From assembly GCA_945860165.1 (NCBI GenBank), contig CAMAPL010000012.1:679-64678 (forward strand): a DNA stretch of 64,000 bases. Reading direction: 5' to 3'. Source of the stretch: Rhizobium sp. Q54. GTDB taxonomy: Bacteria > Pseudomonadota > Alphaproteobacteria > Micropepsales > Micropepsaceae. The notes under the pieces were generated by a model. The model saw nothing but the letters and a program-made list of their open reading frames with translations. It had not been told where the DNA came from and searched no databases. The position numbers and the translations under genes were made by a program. This document shows, one piece after another, positions 25,254-39,863 of this stretch (position 1 is the first letter of the stretch; each line of letters opens with the position of its first letter).

Positions 25254-26048
25254 TCAGACAGCAATAGGCGCCTTGATGCCGGGATGGGCCTGGTAATTCT
25301 CCAGGGTGAAATCGTCATAGTGGAAGGCAAAAATATCCGTCACGTCCGAGTTCAGCCGCATGGTCGGCGAGGGATAGGGTGCACGGGCCAGCTGGGCGTC
25401 GGCCTGTTCCAGATGGTTCAGATACAGATGCGCGTCTCCGAAACTGTGCACGAAGGTTCCCGGCTTCAGACCCGTCACCTGCGCCACCATCATGGTGAGC
25501 AGCGCATAGGAGGCGATGTTGAACGGCACGCCAAGGAAGATGTCGGCGGAACGCTGGTAGAGCTGGCAGGACAGCTTTCCGTCCGCGACGTAGAACTGGA
25601 ACAGGCAGTGACAGGGCGGCAGCGCCATGCGCGGCACATCGGCGGGATTCCAAGCGGTGACGATCAGGCGGCGGGAATCCGGGTTGGCCTTGATGTCACC
25701 GATCAGGTTGGAGATCTGGTCGATGGTGCCATCCATCTGCGACGGCCAGCTGCGCCACTGATAGCCATAGACCGGCCCCAGTTCGCCATTTGAATCGGCC
25801 CATTCGTCCCAGATGGTGACGCCATGTTCCTGCAGCCAATGGACGTTGGTTTCGCCGCGCAGGAACCAGAGCAGCTCATAGATGATGGATTTAAGATGCG
25901 CCTTCTTGGTGGTGACCAGCGGAAAGCCCTCGGCCAGGTCGAAGCGCATCTGGTGACCGAAAATGGAGCGCGTGCCGGTGCCGGTGCGGTCGCATTTTTC
26001 CACGCCGGTGTCGCGCACGAGTTTCAGAAGGTCGAGATATTGCTGCAT
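25254..26048 (-). CDS. thyA: Thymidylate synthase
   Basis: 264 aa. [38 protein letters not shown]...[12 protein letters not shown]... is a near-canonical ThyA sequence. Confidence 0.95.
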   Translation of the reverse strand: MQQYLDLLKLVRDTGVEKCDRTGTGTRSIFGHQMRFDLAEGFPLVTTKKAHLKSIIYELLWFLRGETNVHWLQEHGVTIWDEWADSNGELGPVYGYQWRSWPSQMDGTIDQISNLIGDIKANPDSRRLIVTAWNPADVPRMALPPCHCLFQFYVADGKLSCQLYQRSADIFLGVPFNIASYALLTMMVAQVTGLKPGTFVHSFGDAHLYLNHLEQADAQLARAPYPSPTMRLNSDVTDIFAFHYDDFTLENYQAHPGIKAPIAV

Positions 26049-26085
26049 GGAGAAATCCTACCGGATTCGGATGCTGGATTCACCC

Positions 26086-26523
26086 TTAGAATGGCAGTGG
26101 TTTCAGGTCGGGATCCCGCCATTCCCGCCGCGCTTCCACCGACATCAGCCGGGCCACCGACCAGTATTCCAGCAGCCAGTTGGGGTCGCCCATGCTGGAG
26201 GCCATCAGGCTATTGACGATGCGGTAGAGCGGCATATCGGTAGGATTGGCATCCAGCACGCCCTTTAATGCCCGCAGCGAGGCCAGAGTGATGGTTTCGT
26301 GGTAGCCGCCCGTATCGTCATTCACCCGGCCAACGGATCCATTATAGGCGCGGATCAGCCCAGGCAGGACGCGCGGCGCGTCCAGGTCGGGGCGAGTGCG
26401 CAGCAGCCACAAGGCGGCGGCGAAATGGGCGGCATGGGTCCACTCGGGGCGCGGCAGGGTGCAGGCGAAAAGCCCCTCGCCGAGGCGGATGATCTCGGTT
26501 TCGCTGGCGTAAACCGTCTTCAT
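26086..26523 (-). CDS. Hypothetical protein
   Basis: I take the start at MKTVYASETEII (ATG 26523). 145 aa with coding-like composition. I recognise no family. It lies directly upstream of thyA. Confidence 0.55.
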   Translation of the reverse strand: MKTVYASETEIIRLGEGLFACTLPRPEWTHAAHFAAALWLLRTRPDLDAPRVLPGLIRAYNGSVGRVNDDTGGYHETITLASLRALKGVLDANPTDMPLYRIVNSLMASSMGDPNWLLEYWSVARLMSVEARREWRDPDLKPLPF

Positions 26524-26572
26524 TTTCCAGGCCGTGCCTCGCGCGGGCTGATGAGTCAAGCAAGTTCCGCCC

Positions 26573-26601
26573 TTCAATTCTTAATCCCCAGCGCCTATAT
26601 T
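26573..26601 (+). promoter_or_regulatory. Candidate sigma70-type promoter of ssrA
   Basis: TTCAAT (26573-26578), a 17-nt spacer, then TATATT (26596-26601). The predicted start is about 26608. This rests on the sequence pattern only. Confidence 0.4.
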
Positions 26602-26607
26602 GCGCAG

Positions 26608-26990
26608 GTCATCCGGGTTCGCCCGGGCGACTATGGCGATAAACGACTGTGTAATAAGCAGCCCGGACCCGGGGGCAGTACCCGGCGCCTCCACCATAAG
26701 TCCTCCAAAGCCTTGGCGATGGAGGGTTTTTGTGGGGGGCGAAACAGGATCGACGGATGTGTAAAGGCAGTTCTTTTGCCCGGTATGGTTCCGCCGTCAT
26801 CGGACTATTGTTTAGGTGCCAACGATAATGAAATGGCCCTCGCTGCCTAACTTCGGTTAGCCAAGCGCGGTTCGGAGGGTACCGGGCAACAGAAACCCTC
26901 CACTTGATTTCCGCTGTCGAAGCCCCGGCACCCGCGGGGTGCCGGGCAATAGGTCGGTAGCGGAAGCGTCAGCGTACCGACCCCCACTTT
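26608..26990 (+). ncRNA. ssrA: Two-piece (circularly permuted) tmRNA gene
   Basis: The acceptor piece ends GGAC-CCGGG-GGCAGTA-CCCGG-CGCCTCC-A-CCA at 26696. An intervening hairpin spans 26697-26734. The coding piece starts GGGGGCGAAACAGGATCGACGG at 26735. GGGGGCG pairs with CGCCTCC with a G3:U70 wobble, the Ala identity element. The tag ORF GCC AAC GAT AAT GAA ATG GCC CTC GCT GCC TAA (26818-26850) encodes ANDNEMALAA. A terminal hairpin at 26952-26982 is followed by CCCACTTTATTCTT. The outer ends are approximate. Confidence 0.85.
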
Positions 26991-27124
26991 ATTCTTAAAC
27001 GCATCGTGCGCGGGCCTACGGTCCCGATTTTTCTTCACAATTGGTTGAAATTGGCCCTTCGGCGCACAGACCGGGCGGCCGCCGCGATTGACTTGGGCAA
27101 CGCGGCGCTTAGTCTCCGACCCAT

Positions 27125-27631
27125 ATGGCAAAAGACTTTATTGGCTATCAGGCACTGACCGATGCGGCGCTTCGCGGCGTTGTGCGCGACTCATTGCGGC
27201 GCATCGAGAAGTCCGGCCTGATCGGCGCGCATCATTTCTATCTGACCTTCCGAACCCATGCCGACGGTGTGGATATTCCGGAGTTCCTCAAGGAACAATA
27301 TCCTGAGGAAATGACCATCATCATCCAGCACCAGTATTGGGCGCTGAAGGTGAAGGAGGATTATTTCGAGGTGACGCTGACCTTCAAGAAGCTGCCGGCG
27401 CCCCTGCATATTCCCTTCAATGCCCTGACCGCCTTTTTCGACCCCGGCGTGCAGTTCGGCCTGCAGTTCCGCGCTGATGGCGACGTCGCCAAGGCCGCCA
27501 CCGGGCCGGTGATGGTGCCGAACAATCCGCCCGAAAAAACGGAAGAGGATGCCGCCGAACCGGAAGCCAAGCCGGCCGAAAAGCCCGCACCCGGTGAAGT
27601 GGTCAGTCTGGATTCCTTTCGTAAAAAATAA
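27125..27631 (+). CDS. sspB: Alpha-proteobacterial SspB (ClpXP adaptor for ssrA-tagged proteins)
   Basis: 168 aa. ...YQALTDAALRGVVRDSLRRIEKSGLIGAHHFYLTFRTHADGVDIPEFLKEQYPEEMTIIIQHQYWALKV... closely parallels Caulobacter SspB-alpha as I recall it. There is an acidic/Pro linker and a C-terminal VVSLDSFRKK tail. Confidence 0.8.
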   Translation: MAKDFIGYQALTDAALRGVVRDSLRRIEKSGLIGAHHFYLTFRTHADGVDIPEFLKEQYPEEMTIIIQHQYWALKVKEDYFEVTLTFKKLPAPLHIPFNALTAFFDPGVQFGLQFRADGDVAKAATGPVMVPNNPPEKTEEDAAEPEAKPAEKPAPGEVVSLDSFRKK

Positions 27632-27649
27632 CCTTTGAAGTCTCTCAAT

Positions 27650-29041
<1,392 letters not shown>

Positions 29042-29049
29042 CCCCGAAG

Positions 29050-29155
29050 GGGTCATCCCCGGCAAGCATCGCGGAAGCGATGCGAGGGAAGGGGATCCAG
29101 GTTATGGACAAAGCTCGTTTTAAAGGTGGATTCCCGCTTGCGCGGGAATGACAGG
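29050..29155. repeat. Composite palindromic repeat, copy C (type 2 unit, spacer, inverted type 1 unit)
   Basis: GGTCATCCCCGGCAAGCATCGCGGAAGCGATGCGAGGGAAGGGGATCCAGG (29051-29101) and GGATTCCCGCTTGCGCGGGAATGACAGG (29128-29155), directly after the fumC stop. Confidence 0.8.
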
Positions 29156-29893
29156 ATGGTTGGATTGCGCTGCTCGCCCGCCCCCGGCCATGTCATCGTG
29201 CAGGACAACCGCACCGGCAAGGTTAGCTACTGGCAAAAGGAATATCACCAGAGCGCGGGCGACGCCGATGGCGTCAGCACCGCCGATTATATCCATGCCA
29301 TGTTCGCCTTCCTGCGCCAGGCGGGCAGCAAAAACGTCCTGATAATCGGCTGCGGCGGCGGCACCCTGGCCACCATGCTGCGCAAGTCCGGCGTGGCGGT
29401 AACCATGGTGGACATCCACAAATTGTCCTTCGATATCGCGCGGGATTATTTCAGCCTGCCCGCCGATGTCCCCTGCCATGTCGCGGACGGCATCGATTAC
29501 CTGAAGAAGCACCACCAGCGCCATGACGCGCTGGTGGTGGATGCCTTCGGCGAAGACGGCATGCCGGCCAAGTTCAAGACCGCCGCCTTTTTCAAGCTGG
29601 CCAAGTCGCGGATGAAGCCGCGCGGCGCGCTGTTCCTGATGAATGTCATTGTCGACGATGACGACGACCAGACGCCTGACAGGATGGTTCGGCTGCTGCG
29701 CCGGCAATGGAGCAAGGTGCGGCTGCTGGATACCGATGGCTGGGTGGACCGCAATGCCGTGATCGCGGCAGGTTCGGTTGCAAAGCTGCGAAAGCCCAAA
29801 CTGATGATGCCGCCGCGCACCGGCGCAAAAAAGCTGAAACGGGAACTGGCCGTGCTGGACTGGCGGACTCTTCGTAATAAAGTGGGCCGATGA
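29156..29893 (+). CDS. Spermidine synthase-like class I SAM-dependent methyltransferase-fold protein
   Basis: I take the start at MVGLRC, because the earlier part of the track ORF is repeat sequence. VLIIGCGGGTLATMLRKSG...VDIHKLSFDIARDYF...DALVVDAF fits the PABS/MTase fold. Confidence 0.68.
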   Translation: MVGLRCSPAPGHVIVQDNRTGKVSYWQKEYHQSAGDADGVSTADYIHAMFAFLRQAGSKNVLIIGCGGGTLATMLRKSGVAVTMVDIHKLSFDIARDYFSLPADVPCHVADGIDYLKKHHQRHDALVVDAFGEDGMPAKFKTAAFFKLAKSRMKPRGALFLMNVIVDDDDDQTPDRMVRLLRRQWSKVRLLDTDGWVDRNAVIAAGSVAKLRKPKLMMPPRTGAKKLKRELAVLDWRTLRNKVGR

Positions 29894-30096
29894 GCCTGAA
29901 AAAACGCTCCTTCTCGCTGTCGGGTCATCGCACCAGCGTGGCGCTGGAAGCGGAATTCTGGGCGGTGATTGACCAAAGTGCCCAAAGCGACGGCATCGCC
30001 CTGGCGGCGCTGGTAGGAAAGATCGACGCGGGCCGGGGCGAACACCCGCTGGCCAGCGCGCTGCGCCTCTTTGCACTGGCGCAAAAAGGCGGCTAA
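29890..30096 (+). CDS. Ribbon-helix-helix domain protein (RHH_4-like)
   Basis: 68 aa. SLSGHRTSVALEAEFWAVIDQSA...ALVGKIDAGR...LASALRLFAL matches the alphaproteobacterial RHH_4 pattern. An ATGA overlap links it to the upstream gene. Confidence 0.7.
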   Translation: MSLKKRSFSLSGHRTSVALEAEFWAVIDQSAQSDGIALAALVGKIDAGRGEHPLASALRLFALAQKGG

Positions 30097-30106
30097 CTTT
30101 TGCCTT

Positions 30107-30664
30107 ATGATCACACTTTATCACGCTCCGCGTTCGCGCGCCTCCCGCTTCATTTTCCTGCTGGAGGAACTGGGCGCACCTTATGAACTGGCTGAAGTCA
30201 CCATCCGGCGCGGCGACGGCAGCGGCGCCCTCGACACGCACAATCCGCATCCGCACGGCAAGGTGCCCGCCATCCGCGACGGCGAGACCATCGTCTATGA
30301 AAGCGCCGCCATCGCGCTGTATGTCACCGACAAGTTTCCGCAAGCCAGCATCGGCCCCCTGATCGGCGACCCCAAGCGCGGAGCTTACCTGACCTGGCTG
30401 GCTTATTATGCCGGGGTGATGAAGCCGGCCTGGATGAGCGCCTTCATGAAGACCGACGAAGTGATGGAACTGGTCAATGCCACCCTGAGCAAGGGCTCTT
30501 ACATACTGGGCGAAAAGTTCAGCGCCGCCAACGTGCTGATCGCGACGACGTTCAAGCTGTTCATGGGCTCGCCGCTGCTGCCCAAGACCGATCTTTTGGA
30601 AGCCTATGTGAACCGGGTAACCGAACGCCCCGCCTATGCCCGGGGCATGGCGAAAGATGGCTGA
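30107..30664 (+). CDS. Glutathione S-transferase
   Basis: I take the start at MITLYHAPRSRASRFIFLLEELG. ...GKVPAIRDGETIVYESAAIALYV is the GST N-domain signature. Confidence 0.85.
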   Translation: MITLYHAPRSRASRFIFLLEELGAPYELAEVTIRRGDGSGALDTHNPHPHGKVPAIRDGETIVYESAAIALYVTDKFPQASIGPLIGDPKRGAYLTWLAYYAGVMKPAWMSAFMKTDEVMELVNATLSKGSYILGEKFSAANVLIATTFKLFMGSPLLPKTDLLEAYVNRVTERPAYARGMAKDG

Positions 30665-30848
30665 GATCGTCAACCTGAACCGCGCCCGCAAGGCCAGGGG
30701 CCGGGCGGAAAAGGACAAGGTTGCCGACGCCAACCGCATCGCCTTTGGTACGCCCAAGGCGCTGCGCAAGCTGGGCGAGGCGAAGAAAGACAAGGCGGAA
30801 CAACGCCTGTCAGGCCACAGGCTGAAAGACAAAGACGATCATAATTAG
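30657..30848 (+). CDS. DUF4169-like small basic protein
   Basis: MAEIVNLNRARKARGRAEKDKVADANRIAFGTPKALRKL... fits the DUF4169 pattern as I recall it. It overlaps the GST stop by 8 nt. Confidence 0.62.
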   Translation: MAEIVNLNRARKARGRAEKDKVADANRIAFGTPKALRKLGEAKKDKAEQRLSGHRLKDKDDHN

Positions 30849-30911
30849 ATGGGAATCGCCTCCCCCGCATTCTAAAATAGTTCTCATGTCCCCAGATTCC
30901 CAGATTTCGCC

Positions 30912-33236
30912 ATGAGTGGCTATGGCGACCGCTATTCCGACCCCTTGGATTCCGCCTACAGCGAAGAACCCTCATCCGCGCCCGTGCCGCGCGATCCGGT
31001 CTATCTGAACGGGTTGAACGCCGAGCAGCGCGCCGCGGTGGAAGCGGTGGACGGCGCGGTGCTGGTGCTGGCCGGCGCGGGCACCGGCAAGACCCGCGTG
31101 CTGACCACCCGCCTCGCCCACATTCTTGCCACCCGCCGCGCATGGCCGGGGCAGATCCTCTGCGTCACTTTCACCAACAAGGCGGCGCGCGAAATGAAGG
31201 AGCGCATCGGCGCACTCATTGGGCGTGCCGTTGAGGGTATGCAATGGCTGGGAACCTTCCATTCCATCGGCGCCAGGATGCTGCGCCGCCATGCCGAGCT
31301 GGCGGGTCTGAAAAGCAATTTCACCATCCTCGACACCGACGACCAGCTGCGGCTGATGAAGCAGCTGATCGAGGCCGAAGGCGTGGACGAGAAGCGCTGG
31401 CCAGCCCGCGCATTGGCCAGCATGATCGACAGCTGGAAAAATCGCGGATTGCGGCCCGGCGATGTCTCGGAAGGCGAAGCCCAAGGTTACGCCTTCGGCA
31501 AGGGCAAGACACTCTATCACATGTATCAGGAGCGGCTGAAGGCGCTGAACGCGGCTGACTTCGGCGACCTGCTGCTGGAAACCCTGCACATCCTCAAAAC
31601 CCATCCCGACATTCTGGCCGATTACCGCGACCGCTTCCGCTACATGCTGGTGGACGAATACCAGGACACCAATATCGTCCAGTATCTGTGGCTGAACCTG
31701 CTGGCCAAGGGGGCGGGCAATGTCTGCGTCGTGGGCGATGACGACCAGTCGATCTATGGCTGGCGCGGCGCGGAAGTGGAAAACATCCTGCGCTTCGAGC
31801 GCGACTTTCCCGGTGCCACGGTGATCCGGCTGGAGCGCAATTACCGCTCCACCTCCGCCATCCTGGGTGCAGCCTCAGGCCTGATCGCCGCCAACAAGGG
31901 GCGGCTGGGCAAGACGTTGTGGACGGAAGGCGACGAAGGCGAAAAGATTCGCGTCGCTGGCGTATGGGATGCCGAGGAAGAAGCCCGCAATGTGGCGTCG
32001 GAAGCCGAAGACCAGCACCGCCAGGGCCAGGCCTTTGCCCAGATGGCGATATTGGTGCGCGCCTCGTTCCAGATGCGCGAATTCGAAGACCGCTTTATCT
32101 CGCTGGGCCTGCCCTATCGGGTGATCGGCGGCCCGCGTTTCTATGAGCGCCAGGAAGTGCGCGACGCCATGGCGTATCTGCGGCTGATCGCGCAGGGCGA
32201 TGACGACCTGGCCTTTGAACGCATCGTCAACAAGCCCAAGCGCGGCATCGGCGATGCCAGCGTGGCGCTGCTGCACGCGTTCGCCCGCGCCCGCCAACTG
32301 CCGCTGCTGGCGGCGTCGCGCGAAATCTCCGAAACCGATGAGCTGCCGCCCAAGGCGCGCAAGGCGCTGAGCGAGTTGGCGGCGAATTTTTCGCGCTGGA
32401 CCGACACCGCAAAGATTTTACCGCACACCGAACTGGCCGAAATGGTGCTGGACGAATGCGGCTATACCGACATGCTGAAGGCCGACAAGTCGGCGGAAGC
32501 ACCGGGGCGGCTGGATAACCTGAAGGAATTCGTCCGCTCGATGGAGCAGTTCGAATCCTTGCCCGCCTTTCTGGAACATGTGTCGCTGGTGATGGAAATC
32601 GCCCAGGATGAATCCGGCGATCGCATCAACCTGATGACGCTTCATGCCGCCAAGGGGCTGGAATTCAACACGGTGTTTTTGCCGGGCTGGGAGGAAGGAT
32701 TGTTTCCGTCCCAGCGCACCATGGATGAAAATGGGTTGGCCGGTCTGGAAGAAGAACGGCGTCTTGCCTATGTCGGGCTGACGCGGGCGCGCCAGCGCAT
32801 CCGCATTTCCTTTGCCGCCAACCGACGGGTGCATGGCAGCTGGCAGAGCGCGCTGCCGTCGCGCTTCATCAAGGAAATTCCCGAGAATCTTGTCGACGCC
32901 ACGGTCGATGAAGGTTTCTACGGCGGCTATACCGGCTTCCGCGATAATGAGAATGCCGCCAATTTCGGCAGCACCTATGATTCACCGGGCTGGAAGCGTG
33001 CCCAGGCGCATCGTGCGGCCGGTGCCGCAAGAACACGCGCGCCGCTCATTGAAGCTCAGTCCTGGAGCGCCCAGACCAGCGATCCCGGCGCTTCGCTGTA
33101 TGCCCGCGACGACCGCGTCTTCCACCAGAAGTTCGGCTATGGCCGAGTGCGCTATGTCGAAGGCAACAAGCTGACAGTGGAATTCGACAAGGCGGGCGAA
33201 AAGCGCGTCATTGACCAGTTCGTGTCGCGGGCTTAA
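30912..33236 (+). CDS. uvrD: ATP-dependent DNA helicase, UvrD/PcrA/Rep family
   Basis: 774 aa. LNAEQRAAVEAVDGAVLVLAGAGTGKTRVLTTRLAHIL (motifs Q/I), VDEYQDTN and LMTLHAAKGLEF are present. Confidence 0.92.
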   Translation: MSGYGDRYSDPLDSAYSEEPSSAPVPRDPVYLNGLNAEQRAAVEAVDGAVLVLAGAGTGKTRVLTTRLAHILATRRAWPGQILCVTFTNKAAREMKERIGALIGRAVEGMQWLGTFHSIGARMLRRHAELAGLKSNFTILDTDDQLRLMKQLIEAEGVDEKRWPARALASMIDSWKNRGLRPGDVSEGEAQGYAFGKGKTLYHMYQERLKALNAADFGDLLLETLHILKTHPDILADYRDRFRYMLVDEYQDTNIVQYLWLNLLAKGAGNVCVVGDDDQSIYGWRGAEVENILRFERDFPGATVIRLERNYRSTSAILGAASGLIAANKGRLGKTLWTEGDEGEKIRVAGVWDAEEEARNVASEAEDQHRQGQAFAQMAILVRASFQMREFEDRFISLGLPYRVIGGPRFYERQEVRDAMAYLRLIAQGDDDLAFERIVNKPKRGIGDASVALLHAFARARQLPLLAASREISETDELPPKARKALSELAANFSRWTDTAKILPHTELAEMVLDECGYTDMLKADKSAEAPGRLDNLKEFVRSMEQFESLPAFLEHVSLVMEIAQDESGDRINLMTLHAAKGLEFNTVFLPGWEEGLFPSQRTMDENGLAGLEEERRLAYVGLTRARQRIRISFAANRRVHGSWQSALPSRFIKEIPENLVDATVDEGFYGGYTGFRDNENAANFGSTYDSPGWKRAQAHRAAGAARTRAPLIEAQSWSAQTSDPGASLYARDDRVFHQKFGYGRVRYVEGNKLTVEFDKAGEKRVIDQFVSRA

Positions 33237-33246
33237 GCAGCCGCGC

Positions 33247-34101
33247 ATGACCAATCCCCCTCTCTGGAAAGCCAGCATTGCGCTGACCAAGTTCGAAGCC
33301 GGTGACGCCGCCGCCGCGCTGGAGCTGGACGGCAGCGCGCAGGCGGTGCTGATCGTGGAAGAACCCTTTGCCGAGGGCGCGGTGGTCGAGGCGCTCTATA
33401 CCGAAGAGCCGGACGCCGCCTATCTGTCACGCATCAGCGGCCGCACGGTGATCGTCGCGCCCCTGCCCGACCAGGACTGGATTCGCCTGAGCCAGGAAGG
33501 ACTGCCGCCGGTGCGGGCCGGGCGCTTTTTCGTCTATGGCGCGCATGATGCCGGCACCGTGCCGCATGGCGTAATCGCGATGAAGATCGAGGCGGGGCTG
33601 GCCTTTGGCACCGGCCATCACGAAACCACCGCGCTGTGCCTGGCGGCGCTGAGCGAGCTGGCGCGCCGGCGCCGCTTTACCAATGTGCTGGACCTGGGCT
33701 GCGGCACCGGCTTGCTGGCCATTGGGGCGGCGAAATTGTGGAAGCGCCGGGTGCTGGCCTCCGACATCGATCCTGTCGCCGTCGAAGTCACCCGCGACAA
33801 TGCGCGGGCCAATGGCGTGGCACCGCTGGTCACCGCCGTCACCGCGGAAGGCCTGACCAATCCCCTGCTGGCCAATGCCGCGCCTTACGACCTGCTGATC
33901 GCCAACATATTAGCGGGACCGCTGACCCAATTGGCGCCATCCATCCTGCGCGCCCTGGCGCCGGGCGCGGTGCTACTGCTGTCGGGCCTGCTGACCAACC
34001 AGGAAAAGCTGGTGACCAGCTTCTATCAGGGCCTGCGTTTTGTCGGCGTGCGCCGCTCAGGCCCGTGGAGCGCGCTGGTGCTGGAAAAGCCCGCGCGATA
34101 G
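33247..34101 (+). CDS. prmA: Ribosomal protein L11 methyltransferase
   Basis: I take the start at MTNPPLWKAS. FGTGHHETTALCL...VLDLGCGTGLLAI...ASDIDPVAV...ANILAGPL are PrmA signatures. Confidence 0.85.
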   Translation: MTNPPLWKASIALTKFEAGDAAAALELDGSAQAVLIVEEPFAEGAVVEALYTEEPDAAYLSRISGRTVIVAPLPDQDWIRLSQEGLPPVRAGRFFVYGAHDAGTVPHGVIAMKIEAGLAFGTGHHETTALCLAALSELARRRRFTNVLDLGCGTGLLAIGAAKLWKRRVLASDIDPVAVEVTRDNARANGVAPLVTAVTAEGLTNPLLANAAPYDLLIANILAGPLTQLAPSILRALAPGAVLLLSGLLTNQEKLVTSFYQGLRFVGVRRSGPWSALVLEKPAR

Positions 34102-34111
34102 ACTTTCGGGC

Positions 34112-35929
34112 ATGGACAAGCCCTTCCAGAGTTATGACGACACCTCCGATGCCGCCACCTGCGCCCCGCGCCTGGCGGCGCTGCGGGCCGAACTTGCCAA
34201 ACGCGGGCTGGACGGTTTTGTCGTGCCGCACAGTGATCAGCATATGGGTGAGTACCTGCCCGCCTATGCCGAGCGGCTGGCCTGGCTGACCGCCTTCACC
34301 GGATCGGCGGGCGCGGCGGTGGTGCTGGCGGACAAGGCGGCGGTGTTCGTGGACGGGCGCTACACGCTGCAGGTGCGCGGCCAGACCGATACCAAATTGT
34401 TCGAGCCCCGCGATCTGGTCGCCGAAGGCCTACAGGGCTGGATTCCCGGCAATCTCTCCAAAGGCGCCAAGCTGGGTTACGACCCCTGGCTGCATACCGC
34501 CCATAGCGTGGCGCATCTAAAGGCGGCAGCCGAAAAAGCGGGCGGCACATTGGTGGCGGTGGACAGAAATCCCATCGACGCAGTGTGGGAGGAGCAGCCC
34601 GCCCCGACCGTGACGCCCGCCAAGCCGCATGCCTTGAACCTAGCGGGCGAGCAAAGCGAAGCCAAGCGGATCAAGCTGGGCGAAGGCTTGAAGCAGGCGG
34701 GGGCGGAAGCCGCCGTCATCACCCTGGCGGATTCGGTCTGCTGGCTGCTGAATATTCGCGGCCATGACGTGCCGCACACGCCTTTCACCTTGGCTTTTGC
34801 CATCCTGCATGACGATGGCGGCGCTGACCTGTTTCTCGATCCCGCCAAGCGCAATCCCGAGCTGATGGCGCATCTGGGAAATTCGGTGCAGGTGCATAAC
34901 CCCGCGCAATTTGTCGTCGCACTGGACGCGATGAAGGGCAAGAGCGTGCTGGTGGACCCGTCCACCGCCGCTGCCGCCATCTTCGACCGGCTGAACAAGG
35001 CCGGTGCCAGGATCAGACAGGGCGCCGACCCCTGCCAGCTGCCCAAGGCCTGCAAGAACCCGCTGGAAGTCGAAGGGATGCGCAAGGCGCATATCCGCGA
35101 CGGCGCAGCGTTGGCGCGTTTCCTGTCCTGGTTCGAAAGCCATACTGCGGGCGGCGAGCTGACCGAGATCGACGCCGCCGAAAATCTGGAAGGCTTCCGC
35201 CGCGCCACCGGCGTGCTCAGCGATGTCTCCTTCGACACGATTTCGGGCGCAGGCAGCAACGGCGCCATCGTGCATTACCGCGTGACGCGTTCGACCAACC
35301 GCACCATCCGGCCCGGCGAGATGTTCCTGCTGGATTCCGGGGCGCAATATCCCGATGGCACCACCGACGTCACCCGTACCATCATGGTGGGCGAAGCGAC
35401 GCCGGAAATGCGCGACCGTTTCACCCGTGTCTTGAAGGGCCATATCGCGCTGGCGACGGCGCGCTTCCCTGACGGCACTATCGGGATGCAGCTGGACAGT
35501 TTCGCGCGGCGGCCGTTATGGGAAGCGGGGCTGGATTACGATCATGGCACCGGCCATGGCGTGGGGTCGTACCTGTCGGTGCATGAAGGGCCGCAGAACA
35601 TCTCCAAGAAACCGGTGATGCAGAAGCTGATGCCGGGCATGGTTTGTTCCAACGAGCCGGGCTTCTACAAGACCGGCGCATTCGGCATCCGCATCGAGAA
35701 TCTTGTGGTGGTGACACAGCCAGAAGACCTGGGCGGGGAACGCCCGATGATGGGGTTCGAGACCATCACATTGGCGCCCATCGACCTGAACCTGGTGGAG
35801 CCGGAACTGCTGACGGTGGAAGAAAAAGGCTGGCTGAACCTGTATCATGCGCGGGTGCGCGATACGCTTTCACATCTGCTGGATGAAGAAACCCGCAAGT
35901 GGCTGGACCGGGCGACGCGCAGTATTTAA
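34112..35929 (+). CDS. M24-family Xaa-Pro aminopeptidase (aminopeptidase P type)
   Basis: I take the start at MDKPFQSY. It has a creatinase-type N-domain and a C-terminal pita-bread motif (HGTGHGVGSYLSVHEGP...SNEPGFY). Confidence 0.88.
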   Translation: MDKPFQSYDDTSDAATCAPRLAALRAELAKRGLDGFVVPHSDQHMGEYLPAYAERLAWLTAFTGSAGAAVVLADKAAVFVDGRYTLQVRGQTDTKLFEPRDLVAEGLQGWIPGNLSKGAKLGYDPWLHTAHSVAHLKAAAEKAGGTLVAVDRNPIDAVWEEQPAPTVTPAKPHALNLAGEQSEAKRIKLGEGLKQAGAEAAVITLADSVCWLLNIRGHDVPHTPFTLAFAILHDDGGADLFLDPAKRNPELMAHLGNSVQVHNPAQFVVALDAMKGKSVLVDPSTAAAAIFDRLNKAGARIRQGADPCQLPKACKNPLEVEGMRKAHIRDGAALARFLSWFESHTAGGELTEIDAAENLEGFRRATGVLSDVSFDTISGAGSNGAIVHYRVTRSTNRTIRPGEMFLLDSGAQYPDGTTDVTRTIMVGEATPEMRDRFTRVLKGHIALATARFPDGTIGMQLDSFARRPLWEAGLDYDHGTGHGVGSYLSVHEGPQNISKKPVMQKLMPGMVCSNEPGFYKTGAFGIRIENLVVVTQPEDLGGERPMMGFETITLAPIDLNLVEPELLTVEEKGWLNLYHARVRDTLSHLLDEETRKWLDRATRSI

Positions 35930-35934
35930 TTTTC

Positions 35935-36021
35935 TTTTCATGCCCGCGAAAGCGGGCATCCAAGGACTTTTCCGGCTTGCGGACGCTCGCCTGCTGGATT
36001 CCCGCTTTCGCGGGAATGGCA

Positions 36022-36024
<3 letters not shown>
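35935..36024. repeat. Composite palindromic repeat, copy D
   Basis: TTCATGCCCGCGAAAGCGGGCATCC (35937-35961) and GGATTCCCGCTTTCGCGGGAATGGCATT (35996-36023). They lie between convergent stops, and the right end overlaps the ligA stop. Confidence 0.8.
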
Positions 36025-39845
<3,821 letters not shown>

Positions 39846-39863
39846 GAATGCCCCTTTCGGGAA

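Noticed and set aside
29120-30832. 570-aa ORF on the minus strand spanning four plus-strand genes
   Set aside because: It is antisense to the methyltransferase-like, RHH, GST and DUF4169 genes, all of which have recognisable family motifs. Its composition looks Arg/Gly/Ala/Pro-heavy, as expected from the reverse frame of GC-rich coding DNA. Its C-terminal end (VIPAQAGIHL) is merely the translation of repeat copy C.
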